Of a stretch of 41,760 nucleotides of DNA, positions 1 through 14,311 are shown piece by piece. Position 1 is the first letter of the stretch. Each line of letters starts with the position of its first letter. Both the position numbers and the translations under genes were made by a program. Source of the stretch: Phoronis australis (lineage: Eukaryota > Animalia > Phoronida); assembly GCA_002633005.1 (NCBI GenBank), contig NMRA01001192.1, positions 1 to 41,760 of the forward strand. Direction: 5' to 3'. Below the pieces are notes generated by a model. That model was not told where the DNA came from. It saw nothing but the letters and a program-made list of their open reading frames with translations, and made no database searches.

Positions 1-23
1 TGCCGTTGCCGTTGCCGTTGCCG
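1..23. repeat. (TGCCGT)n hexamer run at the window edge
   Basis: About four tandem TGCCGT units read directly; truncated by the window start. Confidence 0.85.
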
Positions 24-24
24 G

Positions 25-937
25 GTGACGTTTTATATAAACCAAAGCGCATTTACAGGGTTTTGACGACAATCACATCGCCAAACAACCACATGCATGC
101 TTTTTAGCATTATGTACGAGGTTGACTGTTATATTGGTATTCGATAGTCATGTGTAGGAAGTGGACAACAAAGTTGGTTGCAGAAATATTTTGAGTAAAT
201 GTAAGAAAACAGTATCAAATTTGGGATATGTAAAACTCACGCCTGAAATAAGGCATAGTGATAGATTTAACAAAAGTTAACCAAGACTAAAACTATTTCA
301 AAATAAAAACCCTATTACTGCACGACTGCGTGTTGTATGGATACAGTGACTTACTCGACAATCTACGCATTTTACAAGGAATTGTGATATCGGATTTATT
401 TCTACCACAGGCAAAGACTTCAAAATACACTTTAGGTTAGTACTTTGCTGTGTCCGTTGACCGATATCCTGCTATGTATATTAAGCAATGTCATGGCTGT
501 TCCGTGAATCTTTTTGATAACTGTGTACAGAAACGTGTTATTGATGTCGTCCAGTGGAACATCCTTCGTGTGACAATTATTTAGTAACCAACGCACATTT
601 CGAAGGTTTTGACGGCAAACACCTCGTGTTGAACCCAGAACGTCCAGTCCACCACATGCATGCTTTGTTCCAACATATACCCAGGCGACTTGGTTGGTAC
701 TCGATAGAAACGTATGAGTATGATGAGATACGATAACTTTTTATTGCAGATATATTTTGAGTAAATGTATATGACCGTGTAAAACTCACGCTTACAGTTA
801 ACATTGTGACAGTATTGGTTAACTTTTGTTCAATCTAACACTATTTTAAAATAAAAACCCTATTACAAACTGCACGATCACGTGTGCGGAATTTAGAAGG
901 AAAAGTTGAGATCGGATTAATTCATACCACAGGCAAT
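25..937. repeat. Diverged direct repeat, two copies about 545 bp apart (~25-415 and ~570-937)
   Basis: Shared blocks in the same order: accacatgcatgcttt (~89/652), ttgcaga.atattttgagtaaatgta (~178/744), tgtaaaactcacgc (~229/778), aaataaaaaccctattac (301/848), atcggatt.att..taccacaggcaa (~389/911). Confidence 0.85.
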
Positions 938-2670
938 GACAATGGAAATTTCAATCAGGTGACATCAAAACAGGTAAATACGTTGTCTTAGGGTCGATTA
1001 ACAATAATGAGCCTCAAAACAGTACACAGAATACCTTCAAATTTATAAAAAAAGTTATTAAACGCTTGAACACATAAAGACATGAGATATTGAACATGTC
1101 CAAATTCCACCAGTAGGTGCGTGCTCGGCATTGGAACACATAAAGAGATAAGCAACTGATTCTTGACAGGGAGACTACACATATGGTATTTTCTAATTAC
1201 TCAGAAGGCTTGAACATATAGTTTTATCCGTTACCGTGAGATGTCACAGTCATCCATAATATGGATTCACCAAATTTTCCAGCTATTGCACAACCTTTAA
1301 AGGTTCACCATATTGATAGAAGTACCTAACAATTAACTTTTAATACACATGCATAACAGTACCTCCTTGATGGTGATATTCAAGTTCATGTGGTAGACCA
1401 TAGTGTCCACCTACTTCAAGAAGTTTAAAAAGACCGTCAACTGAGAGCAAGAACAGAACATGGTCAGGGTCATACATATTGTGATTGATACTGTATATGC
1501 AGGAGATACTACACAGAGTCAATCAAAAGTGATCTAAGTCCATCCATGTCCTGTTAGAGACTACTTCACGGAAGAGCCAAAGCCTCTAGCTCGAAAGGAT
1601 CCAAAAAATTTGGCAATGGTCAGTGAGCTGTTGCTTTTATTTACATTTTTAGTTTCCTGGTACTAAAAGTATGCTGCTCCCCTGTCAATGACTTTGCACA
1701 CTAATTTCTGAACCTTTGGCTGACAGGACCTTTTCAAAAAATTCTAATTTGTTGTATTATAGGCGTTATAACACTTGAGAACCTTAAGAGTATCGAGCTG
1801 TGTCTTACTAATGCAGTATGAAACGTAAGCAACGTTACTTTACTTTTTCCGTTTTGGATATTCGTAGGTCCCAACGGATCGCGGGTATGGGTATGGCGTG
1901 TATTAATAAAATTTACAGTCGACAAATCAATTGCTTTCAATACTGCTTCTGCTTGTGAAATCTGCAAAGGAATTCAATTAACGCCATTCAGCATGCATTT
2001 TGGGGCCTTGAACGTAATTTAGATTCAGTCATGCTGTTGTTTTAGTATGTTAGGGCTTGTATTAGTGTGTTAGTGCAATTGTCAGTCGGGATTAGAAAGA
2101 GCGCTAGCGTCTGCACAATTGTACCACCAAGACCTGCAACAAATGTCTAGTGTAATAGATTTAATGGATGTATGAAGATCTGTTCATTTGAAGTACATGT
2201 GCGTCATCACGATCCAAACACTTATGCTTGAGTACAACCCAGAGTACTGGAAACCACACCGTTGTCACCGGTGGAGAGCTGTAAATGCAAGACTCAACTG
2301 TTATCAATAACACAATTTAATCAGCACTATCGTCCTTCATGTATCTGGAAAGACAACATCTCACAGCGTGCGCTCTCACGGAAGTGCAACTTACGGGACT
2401 TTTTTACCTTTCCATCTCCGGTTATCGGTGACATTTTAGTGGTAGCGAGGTCAGGGTGCTGCTTGTCCAGGTCCTGTATCATCCTAAAAAGTCTCTATAT
2501 TTCTCTCTCAGTTTGAATATTTAAATTTATCTCAGAAATAATTGTTAACATTTATGTTAAACATTGAAATACCAATATTTAAACGCAGTTCACAAAACGA
2601 AAATGAAGTAATAATATTTTAGAACACAAAGAGTATTTCCTAGATCACTTCTGGAAAATTTAGCATTTAA

Positions 2671-5260
2671 AAGTGACTCCACATAAAAACCAACAGGTAG
2701 AGTCTATACCCAAATCACAGATTTTTTTGAAACTTAGAAGAATTTCCATTCATTATTTTTTATGACCTGTACCTCCATTTTGCAACAAAATTGGGCATGG
2801 AAGTAGGCATGTTTGAATGCATTTTACTAGCATGTGTGGTACGGTCAAAACAAATGAATGATACGAATTGAAAGGACAATGGCTGAACAATTTAATGGCA
2901 TAGCTTTCAAAATCCTTTTTTAAATTTGGCACTCTGTAGCAGCCATAACTCACCTTTCCCGAGATTGAATTTATAATAATTTGTTCAGTCATTCCTAACC
3001 TGTTCATAATCTAAAATCAAAAATGTAGCCTCTAATGTGGTTTTTGCGTACGAAGCATTACACAAACTGCACTTCGTCCTTTTGCATGTTCTCAGTTGCC
3101 TCTGCTACCAATAGGAGGCTCTTGGAACATATAATTAGCTTGCGAAAAACGACATAAAAACATTGTATTTTGGAGAAAAGGCAGACAGCGTTATTAATTA
3201 CCATTCTCTGAAAACGGCATTGATGATTATTGCTTTACAAAAAATATGTACGTAAATCAACTGGCATTCGTGCTTCTAAATGATAGATAGCGCTGCTTTT
3301 GTTTACGTGGAGACTGAAGACGCATCTAGAATAAGAGCAGTAACACGAGGACCTTAATTGCTATAATTCAAGACTTCGCGAGATATTGCCCTGTATTTTA
3401 AATGAAAACACGTGGTTTTGGATAAATTTTAGAGAGGTTCTAGTGTTACTGAACTCACCCCTGCCTTACTGTTGTTTTCCATCTGCCTTGTTCTTGCCAC
3501 AGGCAAAGGAAGGCACCCAAGGTGGATGTGGCCCCCTGGTGTTCAGTGCAGAAAATTCTTCAAGTTGTCAATAGTCATTGTAACTTTGGGTTCATATTGT
3601 AATGTCCCTGCCGGTTGCTACAAATTTTAGTCGCCACCAGTCGCCAGAAATTTGGTGTTTGCCCCCCCCCACACNAACTCTTGGTGTTGAAAATCCGCCA
3701 TGTCTAGAGATGTTAGTGTATTTTAGAGAAATTGGTTTCCCATTTTCTCAGTATTTGTAAGAACTTACCGTCACCTACATGGAACGTTTTCCACACGCGA
3801 ATTCCTTGGGTGAAATAGTAGGGATTTGGGAATGTGCTTTTACCAGGAACTGAGTGTTTTGGAAAAGACTGTTGCATTGACTGAACATGTATACACATAA
3901 CATACCTTCACACGGCCACTGGAAACTAATGCTTCTTTCAAATCCAGAAATTTTATGATATTGTTACCTTCGGCTACAAAGTACTTCGCATGTTGTTTGA
4001 GTGGAGCCATCTTGCGACCACAAGAGATCCTTTCCATTCAGACTTTCACTAAAGTCACATCTCTGAACAGAAATGCCGGTAGAATTTGACAAGGCTGCTA
4101 CGTTCAGGAGGAGAGGAGCAGAGTGGTAACATCCAGCATTACCCGACTCTCCCACGACTCATTGTTCAGTCAGAAATTCACCGACTCGGGGTAGTACGAG
4201 TCCGTACTCTGGCACAGGCCTTGCATTGTGAGGTACTTTCCTGTATCTCAAATGTTCAGTGGTGTCTTTAACATAACTCACTAAAGCACAAAGCTTTTGT
4301 GATCGGATTTTTTGCAGAATAAACTCTAAAGGAACATGAAGGCCCATCGACATGGTCCGCCATTTTGCCCTTTTAAAATGCACTTGCTTCTCTCAAAACC
4401 AGTCATTACAAATATCAATTCTTACTCGTTTAATCTTAAAGGCATTTATTTCCATTTAAAAGTTCTACAGAGTGTTTAAATTAATCTGATAATGTAAAAG
4501 AAAAGAAAGAATACAGGGTTACGCGTGCATTTTTTATATAATTATCCTCAAGCTTAACCTCAACCGACTCCCTCAGTGGGCAAAGGTCATCGGCTTCAGT
4601 TTTGATACTAGCCGCGTAATAAACCCGGAAAACATCTGGTTTTCATTTAAAAGACTTTAGACTTGGTTTCTATAACCAATTAAAGCAGACTTATTGGCTA
4701 AAAGTTTGTTCAAATGGTCTGTAAACTCTGCTCGTCATTTCCAAACTATGAAAATAGACAGTTTTGCAAGACAATTTTCACTAAAGTGCAAAGTTGAGGC
4801 AAGATATTTTATTGCTCAGTCATCAAGACTAACTCTATAACTATGTTCAAAACGTCACATAAGACTACAAGGTGTTTTATGGCAGTAAGAAGGTCACAAA
4901 AATGGCCACTAAAATTAGCCCCAAAAAGTGGTCTGTGGATTATCTCCCTTGTCTAGTACAAAAGTGTCAGCTTTTAATAAATGGCACAGAATTATGCACA
5001 GCATACGTTGGTTATTGATCTATTTTGTATGTTACCCATTTTTGTTGCTGAAAACATGCGATTTTGAGACGGCTAATATGCCCAATTGTGCCAATTTGTG
5101 TTATCATGCTCCAGCGGCAAAATTAGGGGTCATTGAGTGCAAAAAATTTGGCATTTGGGTTTTGTTAGGATACCTACGCACGTACAAAAATGAAGTTGTT
5201 TTAAATTTTGACGTATAGACTGATTTTTGAAAATCTACTGGTTTTTATATGGACTGCCTC
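2671..5260 (-). mobile_element. Sola3-like DNA transposon (degenerate, internally deleted), TTAA target-site duplication
   Basis: TTAA at 2667-2670 and 5261-5264. Imperfect TIRs: aagtgactccacataaaaaccaacag versus the reverse complement of the right end, gaggcagtccatataaaaaccagtag (GAG/CTC terminus). Removing the element restores the array unit seen intact at ~6241-6290. Internal transposase remnant present. Confidence 0.75.
3755..4155 (-). pseudogene. Frameshifted DDD transposase catalytic-core remnant (Sola3-type)
   Basis: Overlapping ORF pieces SGNAGCYHSAPLL...GISVQRCDFSESLNGKD / SCGRKMAPLKQHAKYFVAEGNNI / GIRVWKTFHVGDGK match the SDNAGCYH...DFS..Q.GK..CDR...EG.D...VW..Y..G.GK pattern I associate with Sola3 transposases. 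The catalytic Asp positions appear mutated. Confidence 0.7.
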
Positions 5261-8200
5261 TTAAGTAAATTCGACCTTGTTATTGTGACCGCTGTTTTAA
5301 TATCAATGAGCTCTGTCTTTTGCTAAATACTATGATTTTTGAGAGAATGTGAGCTGAAACCAGGTGAGAAAGAGTGTAAATGAAAAAAGAGATGCCTGAA
5401 TATGTAGATGTTTCACTTTACTTTTCTATGTTAAACAAACTCGCATGCAGTCAAAACAAGTAACTTCCAGGAGATTTACTGCTTAGCAGCACCATACGTT
5501 TTGACTCTGGTGTCATTAGTGTAAGTGGTACTGCAGCACATTTTATGTTATTTGAATTTATTCATGCTGTCTTTCTGGGTACGTTTGGGCTTGTGTCAGT
5601 AGGTTAGTGTAATTGTTAGTCTGGATTAGAAAGAGCATCAGCGTCAACGCGAATACACGAGCAAGACAATTAACGAAGGTGTGGTACAACCGAATGGTGA
5701 TAGATTTGGTGGATGGAGAGGTGTATCCATTTAAAGTACATGTGCGTCTTCACGAACCAAACACCAAAACCTGAGAACAACCCAGAGTACAAGTAAAATT
5801 CAGCCAAAACTTAAAATATTTTACAACGATAGTCATAGGTGGAGAACTGTAACTGCAAGTGCCACCTAGACAAAAATATTATTAATAATAAAAGCTATAC
5901 ACCACTGTAGTCTTTCATGAATGGGTAAGACAGCAATTCATGGCGCGCGCCCTCACGGAAGAAGGAGCATGCGAGACGTTTTTACCTTTTCCACTCTGGT
6001 GTTATTTTGTGTTCGTGGTTCAGCAACATCTTTGGTTCACTGCCAGTGGTGGCAAGGCCATGGTCTTTGTTGTTGGAAGCCTGTAAGACCCTAGAAAAGA
6101 ATGTCTACATTTCTCTAACGTTTGTATCTCAGAAATGACAGTTCACATTGATGTAAAACTTTCAAATAAATTGATTTAAACACGGTTCAGAAAACGAAAA
6201 TGATAAGAGCATCTTTTACAACTTTAAAAAAGTTCTGAGATGACTTCTGGAACACCTTCATTAATTAAATTCGATCCTGTTATTGATGCCATTGTTTTAC
6301 CATTAGTGTGCTTTTTGTCCTAAGCTAAATTTTACGGTTTTTAAGAAATAATTTATCGCGCCCTGAAACCGGGTGTGAATTGACGGGTCCTAGAATGCAC
6401 ATACGGTCAAACCATGTAACTTCCAGGATGTTTACAGCTTAATGGCACCATACTTTTTGGCTGTGGTGTCATTCGTGTAAGTGGTCCTGTGGTTTCATCC
6501 CACTGCTCGTGATGTCAAATACCGCATGCCGCATGCTAGCGGTATATTAGTCAGTCCAGTGGTTCGAAGAAATTTGGCGAAGTCTCTAAAAACCTACAAT
6601 AAAATTCAAACGAAGTCAACCCCTTGGAGGCAATGAAATCGTGTGATCTGAATTGAAATCTACGAGTGAGAAAGAGTGTGAGCAGAAGGTGTGAATTCAA
6701 GGTATTCATTGTTCTGAAAGCTTAAACGTCCAAAAATCTATAAATTCGAAAGTCCGCACCAGTCCGAAGCTAAAAGTTACAACTTTCATGTACTAAGATT
6801 TTGAAAAGTTGTTTGGAGAAGAAGGTTCGGGTATTTTTATGCATGTGCCTATTTGAAACTACTTTATGGAACCCTGAGAACCCGTCGGAAGGATCAAAAC
6901 AATATTCGGCAATGTGCAGAGATGTTGCATTTAGTTACATTTTCAAATATTTGTTTACCACCACTACAATCTTGCTGCTTATTGTCGATGGCTAAGTAAC
7001 AGGTTTCAGGTATAATAGACCTTCGGACTAGTTTCGAACTAACTAACTATTCTTTTTTGTCGGATTTGTGAACCCTCGGGGTTAAAGGGCTCTTTTAGAA
7101 ATATATTCAATTGTCAGATCATTTGCCTTTAGACTTGTGAACCTTCATAGTATACAGCTCTACCCTATTTATACCAATTCAGTATGAATCGCAAGCAAAA
7201 TTATATTACATTCTTAATTTTAGTCTTCGTTTGTCATTCTTCTTCTTCCATTCTCCTTCTTCCGTCTTGGTAATCCAGGGGTCGCAACCTATCGTTGTTG
7301 TGTGAGTATAGCAAGTAAATAAACAAAACCGTGGAATAATAAAATTTACAAACAATTGAGAAATCAATTGTTGTTTTCCATTTGATACTTGAATAATCAA
7401 TGTAATTGAAAAATCCTTCTCCATGCCATGGGTGTAATCGATCAAGGGAACCACTGCTCAGCTCCACCTGGTTATGGTATCTGCAGAGGAACTCAGTTAA
7501 CAGAATTCAGCATGCACTCCGTCACCAGGATCGTCATTTGGATTCAGCCATGCTGTTTTTAGTCAATACGAATGTACCAGCAAGACAAGTAACAAACGAC
7601 AAGTGAAAGCGAATGGTGATAGATTTGGTGCCTAGAGAGGTGTATCCATTTAAAGTACATGTGCGTCATCACGAACCAAACACTAAAACTTGAGTACAAG
7701 CCAGAGTACAAGTAAAATACCGTTATCACTTTAAAGCTGTTACAATGATCAAGATACCGCAAAGTTGTCACAAGTGTCAGTCAGACCAAAATGTTGTCAA
7801 TAACGAGTTACACACCTCTATCGTCCTTCATGTATCTTTTACGGCAGCATCTCATGATGCAGCCTAAGGGAGAGTGCAACTTAAGGGATTTTTTACGTTT
7901 CCGATTATGGTATCATTTTGTGTTGGTGGTTCAACGACATCTCATTGTTCTGTGCCAGTGGTGGTAAGGTCAGTGTCCTGCTTGCTCAGATCCTATAAGA
8001 CCCTGGTACAAATGTCTATATTTCTCTAACTTTGAACGTTTACATCTCAGAAATAGGTGTTCTGATTCATGTAACACCTCCAAATACTGTGCTTTAAAGA
8101 CAGTTCACAAAACAAAAATGAAGAGCATATTTTAGAACGTTAATAGAGTTCTGAGGTCACTTCTGGAACACTTTCATGAAATGAAATTCGATCGTGTTAT

Positions 8201-10254
8201 TGATATCATTGTTTTACCATTAAAGTGGCTTTGCCTTTTGCTAAATTTTACGGTTTTTGAGGGACTGTGCCCTGAAACTAGATGTAATACAACGTATATG
8301 AATAAAATAGATGCCTGAATGACTTGACTTTTCCAAATCAAACAAGGCTTCTGTACAGTTTTGATGACTCGTAGAAAACACAGACAGTCGAAGCATTTAA
8401 CTTCGAGGATATTTAGGGGTGGACGGCACCAAACCTTTTGACTCTGATGTCATTCCTGTAAGTGGTCCAGCGGCACCTTTGGTACACTCTCACTGCTCGC
8501 GACGTCAGATCCCGCATGACAATGATATACTGGTCAGCCAATGTCCAGTGGTTTGACGAAATTAGGTCAATACCTTAAAAGCCTACAATGATGTTCAAAC
8601 AAAGTCATCTCATTGGAAGCAATGAAAACTTATGATCTGAATTGAAAAGTACAAGTGAGAAAGAGTGTGAGCAGAAGGTATGAAATCACTTATTCATTGG
8701 TCCGAAGGTTTGCAAGTCCAAAAATCCATAAATCCAAAGGTCCAAACTAGGTCGAAAGTCCATTAGTTTGAAAGCTACAATTTTGAACTTTCATTTACTA
8801 CAGTTAGCAAAATGTCCGGAAATTTGTATGTACGTTCCTGTTTGAAACTACTTTCTGGAAGTGCCAGTGCCTCCTCTCGAAAGGATCCAAACAATGTTAG
8901 ACAGCACTTAAACGCTGTTACAATGATTTGGACACCACAAAGTTGATACAGGTAGACAACAGTAACTGCAAGTGTCAGCCAGACAAAATGCTATCAATAA
9001 CGAAAGTTTCATACCTCTATCGTCCTTCGTGTACCGTGTAAGACAGTATCTCAGGGTGCGACCTCACGGAAGGTGCAACTTCAGAGATTTTTTTACCTTT
9101 CCAATTACGGTATCATTTGAGTAGGTGGTTCAGTGTTATCTTTGGTTCTCGTTCAGTAGTGGTGAGGCCATGATTGTTCAGATCATGTATTACCTTCGAA
9201 ATAACGTTCAAATTTCTCTAACTTTGAAGACTCGTATCAGAATAGCAGTTCAGATTTAGGTAAAATGTCAAATACCATGATTTAACACCGTTCAAAAAAC
9301 GAAAATAAAATGATCATATTAACTGTTTTTCTGTGATGACTGCTGAAACATTTATTTTCATCGAATGAAATTCCACTTTGTGATTGATACCATTGTTTTA
9401 ACATTAATATGCTTTTGTTTTTTTTTCTTAAATTTACAGTTTTGTGCCCCGAAACCAGGTGTGAAACAGTGTTCCATGAATAAAGACAGATGTTGAATGA
9501 CTGGCGAGTAAATTTTGAACTTCGCTTTTTCAAATCAAACAAAGATGGTTTCAGACGAACATTACTGGTGACATTCGTGTTAGTTGTCCGGGCTTACCTT
9601 GGATATAATGTCACTGCTTTCGACGTTAAATTCCGAGCGTCAATGGTATACTAGTCAGCCAAAGTCCACCGTTCGAAGAATGACAAAGTCGCTATTAAAT
9701 CTACAATACGGTTAAAAGGAAACCAAGCCTTTAGAAGCGATAAAACCTACGTGACTTCAATTTAAAACTAGAAGTGAGAAAGTGTGTTTGCTGAAGGTAT
9801 GAAATCACGGCTTTCATTTTTCCGAAGGTTTTTAAGTCCACAAATACACGCAAGTACGAAAGCCCATAACTGTGAAAGCTAAAAGTTCAAAATTTAATGA
9901 CATGAGGTTCTGAACGGTGATTTGGAACAAAGTATTTTGGGATATTAAACAAAACTAACTTTCTTGTCTGTCGGAATCGTGAATCTTGGACCTGATAGGG
10001 CATTTTCAAAAACAGTTTCATTTCTCGTGTTATGGGTGTTTGGACTTGAGAACCTTCAAAGTATCGAACTACAGTTATTTATGTTAATGCAGTATTAAAG
10101 CAACCAACGTTAGTTTACCTTCATAATTTTCATTCTAAATCCTTCTCCTGTTTTGGTTATCCGTGGGTCGCAGCACATCGTTGGGGTATGGCTTTTAAAT
10201 AGACAAAACGTGTATTTTACAAACAACCGACAAAATCAAATATTTCAATATGCT

Positions 10255-11128
10255 CCCAAGAAGCGCCACAGTAATCAATTTCGTCGGAACGAGACTGTCA
10301 GCCGACCTTTTTACAGTAAAAACATGTATGCAAATTTTAAAATTCATCCATAGAGTGGTTTGGTTGACAGAGGGTGGACGACAAAAAGACTCGAAAACAG
10401 TAAAAAATAGCCACTAGGTGCCGCAAAATACTCCCAATCCATCCGGAAATGAAAGATAGACATCATTTCACTAATTTATGCCTATCTGCCAAATTTTATG
10501 AAAATCCGCCAAGGAACCTTTGAATATACATACTTTAGGTAAACTTTAAAAAATTAAATTGCCACTAGGAGGCACACCGGAAGTCCAATCCGTCCTGAAA
10601 TCTTTGTCATCCGTTGTCAACTTAATATAAGGATACTTGCTAAATTTAATAAAGATCTTGCAGAGCCATGGGCTGGGCGCAAAATCAAAGGAAAATGCCA
10701 CTAGGAGGTGTCACGGTAGTCGAAGTCGTCGGAAAGCCGTTGTCCGCTGCCTTCTTCACAGTAAGAACATATATGCCATTTTTCACAATCATCCTTAGAG
10801 TGGTTTGATTGATGGAGGGGTAGGCGCCAAAAATATACTCGAGGGCAGTAAAATTTGCCATCTCATTGGCCCATGAGTCAAGTTTTATGAAAATCCGATG
10901 ACCTTTGAAGAAACAGAGATAAACGAAAAAAAATGCCACCGGTAGGCGGATCCGTCCGAAATTCTTTGTCAACTGTCGTCAGCCTTATAGAAGCACATCT
11001 GCCAAATCTCATCAAGGTCCTGTGAGGATTTAAGAGATACAGCTGTGGACGCCGTATCCCGGACGCCCAGACAACCGGGCAGGCAGAGATGACAAACACT
11101 CACATATAAATATGCGGGCGAATAAAAA
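10255..11128. mobile_element. Helentron/HINE-like non-autonomous element with an internal ~140-bp satellite (one end missing)
   Basis: Internal repeats with gccactagg cores (10410, 10561, 10697), then a ggac/gaca-rich tract and the terminal gcgggcgaataaaaa, after which the TLR-like unit resumes. Homologous to 12296-12969 and 14312-15993. Confidence 0.6.
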
Positions 11129-12295
11129 CGTCTACATTTCTCTAACTTTAAAGCTTCGTATCAGAAATAACTGTTCAAATTTATGTAAAATTTCAATTCT
11201 ATGATATAAATACCTTCTACAAAATGAAAATGAAATGCTCATATTTTAGAGCACTAACCGTATTTCACATCTGGATCATTTTCTTTAAATGAAATTCGGT
11301 CTTACTGTTAATGACGGTGCCTTACTATCAATGTGCACTTTTTTGTGCTAAACTCTATGGTTTTTGAGAAACTGTGCCCTGAAATGAGGTGTGAAACAGT
11401 GTACATCAATAAAGTCAGATGCTTGGATGACTGGCGATTAAATTTTTCAATTCGCTTTTCCAAATCAAAGAAGTGTCGGTCATATTTTGATGACTCACAG
11501 GAGTACAAACGTTTAGTAAAAACCAGAAGATTCTATGATATTTACAAGTGAACGGAACCTTGATACTATCTCATGGTGCACGCCCTCAAAAAGAGGCAAT
11601 TTTCGAGATTTCTTACCTTTTCGACTCTGGTGTCATTTTAAGGTGATGGTTCAATGCTATCTTTGGTTCGTTGACAGTGAGGGCCAGGCCAGAGTCCTGC
11701 TAGTTAAGATCCTGTATGACCCTAGAAAAACGTCCAGAAATAGCAGTTCAGATTTAGGTAAAACTTTCAAATGCTGTGATTTAAACTCCGTTCATGAAAC
11801 AAAAATGAAATGATCATATTTTAAGACATCAACGGTGTCTCTGAGATCACATCTCGAACCTTTTCACGAATTAAACATCGATTAAGTTACTGAAACCGTT
11901 GTTCAATCAGCAATTTGATATGGCCTTTTTAAAAAACGTTTTCCTACCGTATTACGTGCACGGATTTGACGACCTTCAACACATTGAGCTGTACACTATG
12001 TATATTTAATGCAATATGAAACGCAAGAAATGATAATTTACCTTCATAAGTTGCACCTTAAATCTTTCGGAATTCGTTTTGGTTATCCGAGGGTCATGGG
12101 GGTATTGTTGGGGCTTGGGTGTGGCGTGTAAATAGACAAAACATGCATGGATAAAATTTACAAATAATCGAAAAATCGACTGTTTTCAATTAACCACACA
12201 CACATCTATTGAAAAGACCTTGTCCTTGTCAAACTGTTTTAGTAATAATTAGGTTTTTCTCGAAATTGTGAACCTTCGGCCTAATAGCACCCTCT

Positions 12296-12969
12296 AAACA
12301 AGAGCAACGCAGAGCGTTGAAATGCGCCCACAATTGCACCGTATACGGTATCCTTCTAGGGTTGTTTATTGGTACCATAAAGTGGCCAGTAGAGGGCATA
12401 TATGTAGTATGTTGCACTTTGCAAAATGGAAAGGCATGGTCATTGTCTCCTCAATAGGCTAGGTCATCGTCTGTTGTTAACATCATATAATTACACTTAT
12501 TAAATTTCGTAAAGATCCTGCGAACGGTTTAGGAGATACAGTCATAGGCGTAAAAAAACAAAACTGCCACTAGGAGGCGCCACAGTAATCCAAATCGTCT
12601 GAAAATCATTGTCAGCTGTCTTCTTTATAGTAAGCACATACATGCCAATTTTCACAACCATCCTATGAGCGGTTTGGTTGATAGAGGGGTGGACGCAAAA
12701 ATACAGACTCGAAAACAGTAAGAATGGCCACTAGGTGGCGCAAACAATTTCGAATCCATCTGAAAACGGGAGGATAGCGTCATCTCACTAATAGGTGCCT
12801 ACATACCAAATTTCATGAAAATCCGTTCAGGACTTTTGAAGATACAAAGGTAAGCGTAAAAAAACTAAAATTGCCACTAGGGGGCACACCGGTAGTCAAA
12901 TCCGTCCGAAAGTCGTCATGTTCCGTTGTTAACATCATATAAATATACTTACACAATTTCGTAAAAATC
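12296..12969. mobile_element. Helentron/HINE-like element running into the assembly gap
   Basis: Starts aaacaagagcaacgcagagcgttgaaatgcgcccac, nearly identical to the start at 14312, and carries the same satellite units. Confidence 0.6.
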
Positions 12970-13720
12970 NNNNNNNNNNNNNNNNNNNNNNNNNNNNNNN
13001 NNNNNNNNNNNNNNNNNNNNNNNNNNNNNNNNNNNNNNNNNNNNNNNNNNNNNNNNNNNNNNNNNNNNNNNNNNNNNNNNNNNNNNNNNNNNNNNNNNNN
13101 NNNNNNNNNNNNNNNNNNNNNNNNNNNNNNNNNNNNNNNNNNNNNNNNNNNNNNNNNNNNNNNNNNNNNNNNNNNNNNNNNNNNNNNNNNNNNNNNNNNN
13201 NNNNNNNNNNNNNNNNNNNNNNNNNNNNNNNNNNNNNNNNNNNNNNNNNNNNNNNNNNNNNNNNNNNNNNNNNNNNNNNNNNNNNNNNNNNNNNNNNNNN
13301 NNNNNNNNNNNNNNNNNNNNNNNNNNNNNNNNNNNNNNNNNNNNNNNNNNNNNNNNNNNNNNNNNNNNNNNNNNNNNNNNNNNNNNNNNNNNNNNNNNNN
13401 NNNNNNNNNNNNNNNNNNNNNNNNNNNNNNNNNNNNNNNNNNNNNNNNNNNNNNNNNNNNNNNNNNNNNNNNNNNNNNNNNNNNNNNNNNNNNNNNNNNN
13501 NNNNNNNNNNNNNNNNNNNNNNNNNNNNNNNNNNNNNNNNNNNNNNNNNNNNNNNNNNNNNNNNNNNNNNNNNNNNNNNNNNNNNNNNNNNNNNNNNNNN
13601 NNNNNNNNNNNNNNNNNNNNNNNNNNNNNNNNNNNNNNNNNNNNNNNNNNNNNNNNNNNNNNNNNNNNNNNNNNNNNNNNNNNNNNNNNNNNNNNNNNNN
13701 NNNNNNNNNNNNNNNNNNNN
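12970..13720. other. Assembly gap (751 N)
   Basis: Run of N that begins inside the satellite array. Confidence 1.
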
Positions 13721-14311
13721 NAACGTTAATGCACAAGCAAGAAAAGCAACAAACGTCTAGTCCAAGCGAATGATACTACAATTGATAGATGGACAGATCT
13801 ACAGTCTATCTATTGGAATAAATGAGCGTCATCACGGCCAAAGCATATATGAGAAGAACCCAAAGTACAACTAAAATACAGCTAACACTAGAAATGTATT
13901 TCAACGACCTGGACAGCACAGTGTTGTAACAGGTGGAGAACTGTAACTGCACGTGTCAGCCAGTCCAAAATGTTATCAATAACGAAAGTAACGCACCCCA
14001 GTCGTAACTTGTGTATCGGTAAGACAGCATCTCATGACGTACGCCCTCAAGGAAGAGGCAATTTCCTGGATATTATACTTTTCCTATTCTGGTGTCATTA
14101 CATGGTGACAGTTCAGTGACATTCTTGTTCGCTGCCAGTGGTGTCAAGGACAGCGTCCTGCTACTTCGGATGCTGCGTGACCCTAGAAAGTGTCCACACT
14201 TCTCTAATTTTAAAGGTTGATATCTTAGAAATAGCAGTTCAGATTTTTGTAAAATCTCCCATGTTAATGGTATACTGGTCAGCCAGTAGTTTGACGAAAG
14301 AACAAGTCCCT

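Noticed and set aside
1340-1522. Exon-like - strand frame DGLFKLLEVGGHYGLPHELEYHHQG with a possible donor
   Set aside because: No recognisable family, no partner exons and no clear acceptor.
7206-7960. Minus-strand 7TM-like reading of the 2-kb array unit (LITFCLAD in sister copies, SVWFVMTHMYF, LFVNFIIPRFCLF)
   Set aside because: The hydrophobic stretches lack GN, DRY and NPxxY motifs and proper helix spacing. The + strand gives many more specific motifs in the correct Toll domain order.
12813-13736. 307-aa ORF in the supplied track
   Set aside because: Artefact of translating through the N gap.
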